A stretch of 64,000 bases of DNA. Source: Pseudomonadota bacterium (GTDB taxonomy: Bacteria; Bdellovibrionota_B; Oligoflexia; Oligoflexales; CAIYRB01). Made by a program: the position numbers and the translations under genes. The notes under the pieces were generated by a model, which saw nothing but the letters and a program-made list of their open reading frames with translations, did not search any database and was not told the origin of the DNA. Below, in pieces: positions 27,376-38,769 of this stretch (positions are counted from its first letter, which is position 1; each line of letters opens with the position of its first letter). The DNA lies in assembly GCA_031416315.1 (NCBI GenBank), contig JANOTL010000061.1, positions 1 through 64,000 on the forward strand, read 5' to 3'.

Positions 27376-29666
27376 AGAGACCCAAGCTCGGTCGCAACAA
27401 GCTCCTGGCGCGGATGATCCTCACGCTCCTGCCTGCCGGGGCGCTGCCGCTCTTCTGCTTCGGCTATTTCGCGATCACGAGCCATTTCGGCTCGCTTCGT
27501 GACGAAAGCTTCTCGAACCACAAGAACCTCGTCTCGTTCATGCGCGGCCACCTCGAGAACGACGCGGCGCGCGTGCTGAGCCAACTGAAGATCGCCTCGG
27601 AGAACGAGGTCTTCAAGACGGCCAACCAGTTCCAGATCCGCGAGGCTCTCCAGAGCTTCCGCGCCTTCAACGTCGACCTCGCCGCGGTGTACTTCCTGGC
27701 CGCCGACGGCACCGTCGCCGCCGTCGATCCGCCCCGCCCCGAGGTCGAAGGCAAGCGCATAGGCGACCTCGATCTCGCCGCTTTCCGCGCGGACGGCGCC
27801 GCCGTCTCCGCCGTGATTCCCGACGAAGCCGGCTTCCCGCGCTTCTTCAGCACCCGCAAGATTCTCGGCGAAGGCGCGGCGATCAAAGGCTACATCGTCG
27901 CGGACGCTGCCCTGAGCGGCTGGATCAAGACCTCGCGCGCTATTCTCCGCAACCAACGCGACATGGTAGCCGCTCTCCTTCCCATCGACGGCAAGGGCGT
28001 CCCGATCAACCTGGAGCGCGACGGCGATCAGGGCAAGTGGCGCAAGATCGCCGCCGTGCGCCTGAAGGCCAGCGAAGTCGGCGAAGTGATGATCGGCGAT
28101 GAGCTCCACCATGTCACCTTCCAAGAGCTTTCCGAGCTGCCGGCGCGCCTCGTCGTCGCCCAGCCGATGAGCTCGATTTATGCGGCGCCGCGCCTGGTCG
28201 TCATGACCTATGTCGGCGTCATCGCGCTGCTCTTCGTGATGCTCTCAGTCCTAATCATCCTGATCGCCCGCGGCATCACGCAGCCGATCCGCAACGTCGC
28301 GGAAGCCGCCGTCGCCCTCGCCGAAGGCAGCTACGAAGAGCGCGCCCCGATTGTCGGCACCGAGGAAACCCGCCTTCTCGCCACCGCGTTCAACAAAATG
28401 GGCGACTCCATCCAGATGTCGCAGCGACGACTGAAAGTGATGTACCGCTCGATTCTCGAGCTGTTCTCCTGCAACGACATCGACTCGCTTTTGAAGAAGG
28501 CGGTCGAGCTCGCGTGCACCCAGTGCGGCGCCGACCAGGCTTGGTTCGTGCCCGCGCGCAGCGGCCGCGAGGTGCCTTACGACAAGTCCTCGTTCTTTCT
28601 GGGTCTCCACGGCTGGCTCTGGAAGAACCACCGCGCCTCGAAGCTCGAAGGTCGCGAGGCGATGGGCATTTGGTCGCGCGTCGAAGGCGACCGCATCTTC
28701 CCGTTTACGTTGAAGAATCAGGCCGGGGAAGTTGGGACCCTAAGGGTCGCGTATGCGAAGAGCCCCGACGAAGCGACCGAGTCTTTGCTCCATGCGCAAA
28801 TGAACCTCGTCGAAACCGCGCTCCTGAAGCAGGAAATGATCATCGAAGGCGCGATGGTGACCACCGAGCTGGAGATGGCCGAGGCCGTCCAGCGCAACAT
28901 CATGGCCGAGAATCTCAGCTCCGAGCGCACCGACCGTATCGCCTACCACTACCAGCCGGCCAGCCGTCTCGGGGGCGACTGGTTCTATCTCATCGAGGAC
29001 AAGAAGCGTGACGTTCTTTACGTCGTGATGGGCGACGTGACCGGCCACGGCCTTCCGCAGGGCCTGATTACGACCGCCGTCAAAGGCGCGCTCGACGTCA
29101 TCGAGCTGATCATCCGAGCGCACGGCGCCGAGGGCGTGAGCATCGACGGTCCCGAGGCGATCGTCCGCCTCCTCGACAGTGTCGTCGCGCGCATCGTCGA
29201 CAAGAACGGGCTGACGATGACCTGTCTTGCGGCCTCGATCGACTTCCGTAACCACGAGCTGCGGCTTTGTAATGCCGGCCATACGTTCCCGATCCTCGTG
29301 CGCAGCGAGGACGCCGTCAACGTCGCGCGCCACCTGCATAAAAATCAGCAGCCGATGCTCGGCGCGCCGAACGGCGAGAAGCGCACGCACAAATTCGAAT
29401 CGACGGCCTACACGATGAGTCCCGGCGACCTTCTGATCATGTACACCGACGGCCTCACCGAGGCGAAGAACCTGAAGTCCGAGATCTTCGGCCGTTTCCT
29501 TTTCCGCTCGCTGAAGCGCCCGCAGAAATTCGAGAGCGCCGGCGCGCTGAAGGACGAGATCCTCGAGATGTTCCGTTACTACACGCAGCATACGCATCTC
29601 GAGGACGACGTCTGCTTCATGGTCGTCCAGATGGACGAATCCGAGACTCAGCGCGTCGCGATGTAA
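27372..29666 (+). CDS. Membrane sensor PP2C/SpoIIE-family Ser/Thr phosphatase (TM, periplasmic Cache-like, TM, HAMP, GAF-like, PP2C)
   Basis: Two TM segments; HAMP (ITQPIRNV...AFNKM); PP2C motifs GGDWF, GDVTGHG, NAGH, YTDGL, DD. ATGA overlap with the SBP gene. Confidence 0.9.
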   Translation: MKRPKLGRNKLLARMILTLLPAGALPLFCFGYFAITSHFGSLRDESFSNHKNLVSFMRGHLENDAARVLSQLKIASENEVFKTANQFQIREALQSFRAFNVDLAAVYFLAADGTVAAVDPPRPEVEGKRIGDLDLAAFRADGAAVSAVIPDEAGFPRFFSTRKILGEGAAIKGYIVADAALSGWIKTSRAILRNQRDMVAALLPIDGKGVPINLERDGDQGKWRKIAAVRLKASEVGEVMIGDELHHVTFQELSELPARLVVAQPMSSIYAAPRLVVMTYVGVIALLFVMLSVLIILIARGITQPIRNVAEAAVALAEGSYEERAPIVGTEETRLLATAFNKMGDSIQMSQRRLKVMYRSILELFSCNDIDSLLKKAVELACTQCGADQAWFVPARSGREVPYDKSSFFLGLHGWLWKNHRASKLEGREAMGIWSRVEGDRIFPFTLKNQAGEVGTLRVAYAKSPDEATESLLHAQMNLVETALLKQEMIIEGAMVTTELEMAEAVQRNIMAENLSSERTDRIAYHYQPASRLGGDWFYLIEDKKRDVLYVVMGDVTGHGLPQGLITTAVKGALDVIELIIRAHGAEGVSIDGPEAIVRLLDSVVARIVDKNGLTMTCLAASIDFRNHELRLCNAGHTFPILVRSEDAVNVARHLHKNQQPMLGAPNGEKRTHKFESTAYTMSPGDLLIMYTDGLTEAKNLKSEIFGRFLFRSLKRPQKFESAGALKDEILEMFRYYTQHTHLEDDVCFMVVQMDESETQRVAM

Positions 29667-31549
29667 TCGAGGAAGAGCCGGTAGTAGAGCCGTGCCGCGC
29701 GCATCTTTGGCGCTTCGTCTTCGGGGCCCTGCTGTGCCGCTTTTTCCAGCGTCAGCGCGACGGCCAACTCCGGGAAGAACACGTTCTCCTCGAGCGAGGC
29801 GATCACTGGCAGATGCCTCTTCGGCAAAAGCGGGTCCTCGCCCATGAAGCGCTCGCCGTCAAAGCCGAGCACGTAAGCGCCGAGCGCCGCGACGTCCGCC
29901 TGGCTGACGACCCGGTCGATCAGACGCGGAGTCCCTGGCAGCTCCGCCACAGCCTTGTCGACGAGACCACCCGTGAGCACCAAGTTCACGTGCGACTGGA
30001 GCACGACGTCCTCCGGCCCGAGCGCCGGATCGTGGACCCCGCGCCGAGGGATGCGATTGCCGTGGTCGCTCACGATGATGACGAACGCCTCGTCCCACAT
30101 GCCTCCCGCGCGCAGCGCGTCGACCAGTCGACCAAGCCCTTCATCCGCGTATTTCGTCGTCCTGTGGCTTTTGTGCCCCTGGAGCGCCGGATCCATCGCG
30201 ATCGGCTCCGGCATATCCGCCGGTCGGTCCCAGGGGATGTGGTTGGTGACCGAAAGGAGGAGCGCCGTCGTGAAGTTGACCTCGGGCTTCGCGTGCAAGG
30301 CGAGGAGCTCGGCCGCCGCGCGCTCGAAGAACACCCAGTCGGATTTTCCCCACCCCGTCTTCGGCGCATCCGGCGAAAAAGCGTCCTCCGCGATCGTGGC
30401 GTTCGCCCCGCGCGCGCGCCAGAATCTCACCTGGCTGTCGAATCCGCCCTCACCGGCGTGGAGCCATACGAAACGCCCGCTCGGGTCGCGCACCACCAGT
30501 TCCGGTAAGCAGCGTAACGTCGCCAAAGAGGCGCCGCGCATCATCGACGTATCGCGGCCCCCGAGGTAGCCACATGCCACGGCCTCTTGGCCGCCGCGCG
30601 TCACCGACCCCGTGCTGAAGGCCCGCGAAAAGGCTACCCCCTGAGCCGCCAACGAATCCATGCGCGGCGTCAGCGAAGGCGGCGTCTCTGGATGAAGGAA
30701 CCCGGTCTCCGAGGGCCGCTGCGATTCCATGAGGATGATCGCGAACAACGGCTTCTTGCCGAGGGCGCGGGCGGTGGCGAAGTGGGCGCGCAGGCTTTTC
30801 GCGAACTCCGAGGCGTGGACTTCGCCGACGACGCGCGTCAAAAGCTTGTGTTTATCGCTTTTCGACGCCGGCAAAGCGGGCGCCGGCACTCCGAGCTCTG
30901 CCGCCAGGAACTTCGTCTCGCTCGCCGTCAATGGTATAAATGGCTGATATCGCTGCCATTTTATCGAAAGCGCCTCCAGCGGGTTCATCTGAACGTGCGT
31001 CGGCACGTACCACTGCTCGCGCCATCGAATGTTGCGATTGTGGCCGATGCCGGCAACTAGGACGACGCTCAGAGCGAAGATCGCCATCTTCTTGTCGGTC
31101 CAAGTGTCGAGAGCGAGCCCCTTGCGCACGACGAAGATGGCCACAAAGTAGGCTAGGAAGGCCGCGGCGCCGCCCAGCGTGACTATGGAGATCGCGTTCG
31201 CCGAGATGAAATCGCCGTCGACGAGGTAGCGGATGTGGGCGGGCACCACGGGAAAGCGGAAAAACTCGACGTACGCTTGGTGGGCCGCCGCGCCGACTGT
31301 GAGCAAGAACACGAAGCCCAAGGAGCCGTAGCGCTTCGCCACTAGGCTTAGCAACCCACACGCCACGCCGACCAGTGCGGCGACCCACAGATCGCTGAGA
31401 GAGCCGACGAGAAGCGACTCCAGGAAGGTCTGCCGCGACAGCTCACCCGGCGGAAACAGAATGAAAAACGTCGTTGCGCGATGCGTCAGACCCACGAGGA
31501 GCGTGACGAAAAAAGCTTCGATGCCGTGCTTGAGCGACTGACTTCTCAT
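29648..31549 (-). CDS. LTA synthase-family / sulfatase-like membrane phosphotransferase
   Basis: About 5 N-terminal TMs; MES, catalytic Thr (VTRGGQEA), TNHIPW, YAD, SDHG. Confidence 0.82.
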   Translation of the reverse strand: MRSQSLKHGIEAFFVTLLVGLTHRATTFFILFPPGELSRQTFLESLLVGSLSDLWVAALVGVACGLLSLVAKRYGSLGFVFLLTVGAAAHQAYVEFFRFPVVPAHIRYLVDGDFISANAISIVTLGGAAAFLAYFVAIFVVRKGLALDTWTDKKMAIFALSVVLVAGIGHNRNIRWREQWYVPTHVQMNPLEALSIKWQRYQPFIPLTASETKFLAAELGVPAPALPASKSDKHKLLTRVVGEVHASEFAKSLRAHFATARALGKKPLFAIILMESQRPSETGFLHPETPPSLTPRMDSLAAQGVAFSRAFSTGSVTRGGQEAVACGYLGGRDTSMMRGASLATLRCLPELVVRDPSGRFVWLHAGEGGFDSQVRFWRARGANATIAEDAFSPDAPKTGWGKSDWVFFERAAAELLALHAKPEVNFTTALLLSVTNHIPWDRPADMPEPIAMDPALQGHKSHRTTKYADEGLGRLVDALRAGGMWDEAFVIIVSDHGNRIPRRGVHDPALGPEDVVLQSHVNLVLTGGLVDKAVAELPGTPRLIDRVVSQADVAALGAYVLGFDGERFMGEDPLLPKRHLPVIASLEENVFFPELAVALTLEKAAQQGPEDEAPKMRAARLYYRLFLDYIATR

Positions 31550-31587
31550 TGGTGCCGTGACTATAACGTAGAGAGATCGGGAGGTCT

Positions 31588-33741
31588 GTGACTTTGGATT
31601 ATGCCATCGAAGGAATGCACTGCGGGTCTTGCGCGGCTCGGGTCGAAGGTGCGCTGGCGCGCTTGCCCGGCGCCGGCGAGGTCAGCGTCAACTATGCAAC
31701 CAAGCGCGCGCGCGTGCGCGGCGACGTCCCGTCCGCCAAGGTGCTGAGCGAGGTCGCGCGGCTTGGCTACGCCGCAGAGCCCCTGGCCGCCACGGGCTCC
31801 GCTCCCAAATCGCGCGGCAAGACCGACGCCGCGCGCCGTAGCGAGCTCGTCCTCGCCACGGTCCTCACGCTGCCTGTGTTCGTTCTCGGGATGAGCCACC
31901 ACCCGTTTCCCGGCAACGGTCTCATCCAACTCCTCCTCACCACGATCCTGCTCGCCGGTCCCGGCCGCATCTTCTTCACCAGAGCCGCGCGCCTCGCCGT
32001 GCGCGGCGGCGTCAACATGGATACCCTCGTCGCGCTCGGCGTCGGCGCCGCTTATGTCGCGTCCTTGATCTCGATGATGCGCGGTACCTTTGCCTACTAC
32101 TTCGAATCTGCCGCCGTAATCGCAACGCTCGTGCTCCTTGGCCAACATCTCGAAGAGAATGCGCGGCGCGGTTCGGCGCAGGCCGTCGAAAAGCTGCGGG
32201 GTTTGCAGCTGCGCACCGTCCGCAAGCGCTTCCCCGACGGCTCGGAACAAGACGTGGATTTCGAGGCGCTGTCCCTGGGCGACCTCTTCGTCGTGCGCCC
32301 CGGCGAGCACGTCGCGCTGGACGGTGTCGTCGTGGAGGGCCATGCGGCGCTCGACGAGTCGCTGGTCACCGGCGAATCCATCCCCGTGGCGCGCGGCAAG
32401 GGCGACGACGTGATCGGCACGACGATCAACACGAGCACGACGCCCTTACTCGTACGCGCCACGGTCCACCCCGCTGAGACCGTGCTCGCGCGACTCGTCT
32501 CGCTCGTCGAAGACGCGCAGGCGTCGAAAGCCGCAGCTCAGCGCTTGGCGGATCGAGTCGCCCGGATTTTCGTGCCGATCGTCTTGGTCGTCGCCGTCGC
32601 GACCCTACTCTACTGGATGCTCGCACGTGATGCCGCTTTCCTCGATGCCTTGATGCCGGCAGTCGCCGTCCTCGTCATTGCCTGCCCATGTGCCCTTGGC
32701 TTGGCCACGCCGACCGCGATCCTGACGGGAACCGGCCGCGCCGCGCGCGATTTGATCTTGATCCGCTCGGCTCCGGGTCTGGAGAGCGCCGGCGCGCTCA
32801 CCGTCGCGATCGTCGACAAGACGGGAACCCTCACCGAAGGGCGGCCCGTCGTCACTTCGCTCGCGATCGAAGCTCCGTTTCAACGCGCCGAAGTGCTGGC
32901 GCTCACGGCTGCCATCGAAGGTGCTTCCACGCACCCGCTGGCTCGTGCCCTCTTGAAATATGCGCACGAAGCCGCGGCGCCTTTGGCGCAACGGCTTGAT
33001 TTCAAAGACCGTCCCGGCATCGGCCTCGCGGGTCAGGTCCTGCTGGACGGAAAGCGCTATGACGTTCTCGCCGGTTCGTTCGCGATGCTTGCTGAAGCGG
33101 CGATCGCGCTTCCCGACGCCTGGCGCCAGCTCGAGGGTGACCCGCAGAGCCTTGTCTTCGTCGTCATCGACGGCAAGGCCGCGGCGGTTTTTACAGTGAA
33201 AGATCCCATCCGTGCGTCGACGCGCGCCGCGCTCGCCACCTTGCGGGAGATGGGCCTCTCCGTCGTCATGGCGACCGGCGATCGCGACGCGCCGGCCCGG
33301 GCCGTCGCCGCCGAGCTCGGAATCACCGACGTGCGCGCGGCCCTCAAGCCCGAGGCGAAGCTTCAGCTGGTGAAGGAGCTGCGTGCCAAGGGGGAGCGAG
33401 TCGGCATGGTCGGCGACGGCATCAACGATGCGCCGGCCCTCGCCGAGGCCGACGTCGGCTTCGCCGTCGGCGACGGCAGCGACCTCGCGGGCGACGCGGC
33501 CGACATCGTCATTCCGCACGGCAACCTGGCGAAGGTCGCCGAGGCGATCGAGATCTCGCGAAAAACGATGCGCGTCATCCGCCAGAACCTTGCTTGGGCC
33601 TTTGCCTACAACGTGCTCGCCATTCCGCTCGCTGCCGCAGGTCACCTGTCGCCCATGATCGCCGCCGGCACCATGGCGCTCTCTTCGCTCAGCGTCGTCG
33701 GCAACTCGCTGCGCCTCTCTGGCATGAAAGCCCGTCGTTGA
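31588..33741 (+). CDS. copA: P1B-type Cu(I)-translocating ATPase
   Basis: HMA GMHCGSC, TGES, CPCALGLATP, DKTGT, HP, GDGINDAP, YN and M..SS. Confidence 0.9.
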   Translation: MTLDYAIEGMHCGSCAARVEGALARLPGAGEVSVNYATKRARVRGDVPSAKVLSEVARLGYAAEPLAATGSAPKSRGKTDAARRSELVLATVLTLPVFVLGMSHHPFPGNGLIQLLLTTILLAGPGRIFFTRAARLAVRGGVNMDTLVALGVGAAYVASLISMMRGTFAYYFESAAVIATLVLLGQHLEENARRGSAQAVEKLRGLQLRTVRKRFPDGSEQDVDFEALSLGDLFVVRPGEHVALDGVVVEGHAALDESLVTGESIPVARGKGDDVIGTTINTSTTPLLVRATVHPAETVLARLVSLVEDAQASKAAAQRLADRVARIFVPIVLVVAVATLLYWMLARDAAFLDALMPAVAVLVIACPCALGLATPTAILTGTGRAARDLILIRSAPGLESAGALTVAIVDKTGTLTEGRPVVTSLAIEAPFQRAEVLALTAAIEGASTHPLARALLKYAHEAAAPLAQRLDFKDRPGIGLAGQVLLDGKRYDVLAGSFAMLAEAAIALPDAWRQLEGDPQSLVFVVIDGKAAAVFTVKDPIRASTRAALATLREMGLSVVMATGDRDAPARAVAAELGITDVRAALKPEAKLQLVKELRAKGERVGMVGDGINDAPALAEADVGFAVGDGSDLAGDAADIVIPHGNLAKVAEAIEISRKTMRVIRQNLAWAFAYNVLAIPLAAAGHLSPMIAAGTMALSSLSVVGNSLRLSGMKARR

Positions 33742-33802
33742 CCTCGCCGAGGCCGGAGATGGTATCCTCACGGTCGACGCACGTTTCGCACCGGAGTCGG
33801 CA

Positions 33803-34912
33803 GTGAAAACCAAAGTCTACGTCCTCTACGGCGGTCGGTCGACCGAGCACGAGATCTCCTGCCGCAGCGCGGCCTTCGTGCTCCGCAACCTCGACGCGAA
33901 GAAATACGAAGTTCACGCCATCGCGATCGACAAGGACGGTCAGTGGCTGCCGCAGGACACGCAAGAGCTCCTCGCCAACCTGAAGGGTCCGGTGCCGATT
34001 TCCCGCGCACGCCAAAAGCAGCCTGCGCTGCCGACGACGGCTAAGTCGCTCGACCCCGGCACTAGCCTTCTCGCCGCCACCGGCGCGAGCGAGAAAGAGC
34101 GCATCGTCATCTTCCCGGTCCTGCACGGCACCTTCGGCGAGGACGGCTCCATCCAAGGCATGTTCGACCTGGCGGAGATCGCCTACGTCGGCCCCGACAC
34201 CCTGGGCTCGGCCGTCGGCATGGACAAGGCCGTCTCGAAGCGCTTGGCGCAATCCGCCGGCATTCCCGTCGTGCCCTGGGTGGAGACCCGCGCGCAGTTC
34301 TATGCGGAGCACAAGCATCGAATTCTCGACGAGGCAGAGCGCGCGCTTGGCTACCCCATGTTCGTGAAGCCGGCGTGCCTCGGCAGCTCCGTCGGCATCT
34401 CAAAAGCCAAGGACCGCGTCGCCCTGGAAAAGGCCTGCGCCGAGGCCCTCCGCTTCGACGGCAAGATTTTGATCGAGAAGGCGATGACCGTGCGCGAGAT
34501 CGAGGTCGCCGTCCTCGGCGACTACGACCCCCTCGTCTCCGTTCCGGGCGAGGTGATTCCGCACGCCGAGTTCTACACCTACGAGGCGAAGTACATCGAC
34601 GCCGACGGCGCCTCGATGGCGATCCCGGCGAAGCTCGACGCGGCGCAGACGAAGCGCGTGCAGGAGCTCGGCAAGCAGGTGTTCCAGGCGCTCGAGCTTT
34701 ACGGCATGGCACGCGTCGACTTCTTCCTCGAGGCCGGCACCGGCGAGTTCTACCTCAACGAGGTGAACACGATTCCCGGCTTCACCGAGATCTCGCAGTA
34801 TCCGCTGCTGTGGAAGGAAACTGGTGTCCCAGCCGAGGAGCTCCTCGACCGCCTCGTGCAGCTCGCGCTGAAGCGCCGCGACGATCGCCGCAAGCTAGAA
34901 CGCTCGAAATAG
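33803..34912 (+). CDS. ddl: D-alanine--D-alanine ligase
   Basis: GGRSTEHEIS, HGTFGEDG, GSSVG, FYTYEAKY, NEVNTIPGFT. Confidence 0.95.
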   Translation: MKTKVYVLYGGRSTEHEISCRSAAFVLRNLDAKKYEVHAIAIDKDGQWLPQDTQELLANLKGPVPISRARQKQPALPTTAKSLDPGTSLLAATGASEKERIVIFPVLHGTFGEDGSIQGMFDLAEIAYVGPDTLGSAVGMDKAVSKRLAQSAGIPVVPWVETRAQFYAEHKHRILDEAERALGYPMFVKPACLGSSVGISKAKDRVALEKACAEALRFDGKILIEKAMTVREIEVAVLGDYDPLVSVPGEVIPHAEFYTYEAKYIDADGASMAIPAKLDAAQTKRVQELGKQVFQALELYGMARVDFFLEAGTGEFYLNEVNTIPGFTEISQYPLLWKETGVPAEELLDRLVQLALKRRDDRRKLERSK

Positions 34913-35575
34913 GAGCCCTTGACTCAAGGCGTCGCTCAGGTGGTGGCATGTCGCCTTCGCGCCTTTCGCCGAAAGCTCCGCCGCGGAATGGTGCGTGCTG
35001 ACCCCGATCGGCACCATCCCGGCGCGGATCGCCGCCTCGAGCCCGTGCAAGCTGTCTTCGAACACGAGCACGCGGCCTCGTTCCTTCGGATCGACCCTCA
35101 GGCGGTTGCTCGCCTCCCAGAAAACGTCCGGAAATGGCTTCGCCTTGGCCGCATCGGCGCGCCCGATCACGACCTCGACCTCGACCCCATGCTGCGCCAG
35201 GATCTTGCGGATGAAGTCGGCCGGAGCATTGCTGGCGATCGCGAAGGGAACCTCCCGATCGGTCAGCACCGCGAGCATCTCCTTCACACCCGGAAACAGG
35301 TGCACCGTGACCTCGGCTCCGAGCATGATCCGCTTCTTCAGGTTCGCCAGATCGCTCGCTTGCGAGGGGTCCCCGGCGTACCGCTTCGCCAGGATGCTCG
35401 CGATCGTCGGCGTCGCGTAGGCCGCGATGGACTGCGGATCCTCGAGCGTCCGCCCGAACATCTGGCCCACGGCGAGGTTCCAGGCGTCGAGGTGGGCCTG
35501 GAGGCTGTCCGCGACCACGCCGTCAAAATCGAGCAAAACCGCCCGGGGGCTCACGATTTCTAACGAGGGACTCAT
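34895..35575 (-). CDS. HAD-superfamily phosphatase
   Basis: DFDGVVADS, ASN, KPFPD, FEDS..G. Confidence 0.9.
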   Translation of the reverse strand: MSPSLEIVSPRAVLLDFDGVVADSLQAHLDAWNLAVGQMFGRTLEDPQSIAAYATPTIASILAKRYAGDPSQASDLANLKKRIMLGAEVTVHLFPGVKEMLAVLTDREVPFAIASNAPADFIRKILAQHGVEVEVVIGRADAAKAKPFPDVFWEASNRLRVDPKERGRVLVFEDSLHGLEAAIRAGMVPIGVSTHHSAAELSAKGAKATCHHLSDALSQGLLFRAF

Positions 35576-35619
35576 CAATTTCCGTGTTAGAATGGCCCAT
35601 TACGTTAAAAAGGACCGTG

Positions 35620-36272
35620 ATGACGAAGCTCAAGCTAACACCCGTGGCCGCGAGGGCCAAGGTTCTCTCGATCGTCTGGCTCGTACTGATGGTGATCGGG
35701 AGCATCGGCGCCGATCAGGCAAGCAAAGTCCACGCGCAAAATACGCTGATGCAGTGGCAAGACGAGAAGGATCCGTCCCTCTATCAAGGCCAGCGCAACC
35801 CGGTCTTCGCGCTCGGCTCGCCCGTCGCTGAAGACGGCAACCTCTACTTCTCGTTCAGCTTCAACTACGTCCGCAACCTCGGCGCCGCGTGGGGCGCGCT
35901 CTCAAACCTTCCCGACTCGACGCGTGTGCCGTTCTTCTATGCCGTCACCGTGCTCGCCGTGATTATCATCGGCGTGTACATCCGCTCGACACCCCTGAAC
36001 CACCGGCTCGCGATCTTCTCGCTGAGCCTGATTTTATCCGGCGCCATCGGCAATTTCATCGACCGTTTCCGGCTCGGCTACGTGATCGACTTCCTCGACT
36101 GCCGCTGGAATTTGTTCGGCTGGCGCTACGACTTCCCTAACTTCAACGTCGCGGACAGCTGCATCACCGTCGGCGTCACGTTCCTGATGTTCGACATGAT
36201 CGTCCTCGAGGGCGTCCGGAAGAAACGCGCCTCGCAAGTCGCGACCCAGGTTCCCGCGGGAACCGTCGCGTA

Positions 36273-36273
<1 letters not shown>
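35620..36273 (+). CDS. lspA: Lipoprotein signal peptidase II
   Basis: DQASK, NLGAAWG, GAIGNFIDR, VIDF, FNVADS. Confidence 0.93.
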
Positions 36274-38714
<2,441 letters not shown>

Positions 38715-38769
38715 GACCTAGGATCCCCGACCAATCTCCCTTGTACCGTCGCGTCCCGAGGACTGCCCT

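Noticed and set aside
33803..34912. Van-type D-Ala-D-Lac ligase
   Set aside because: The omega loop has the Tyr of D-Ala-D-Ala ligases (YTYEAKY) and there are no vanH or vanX neighbours.
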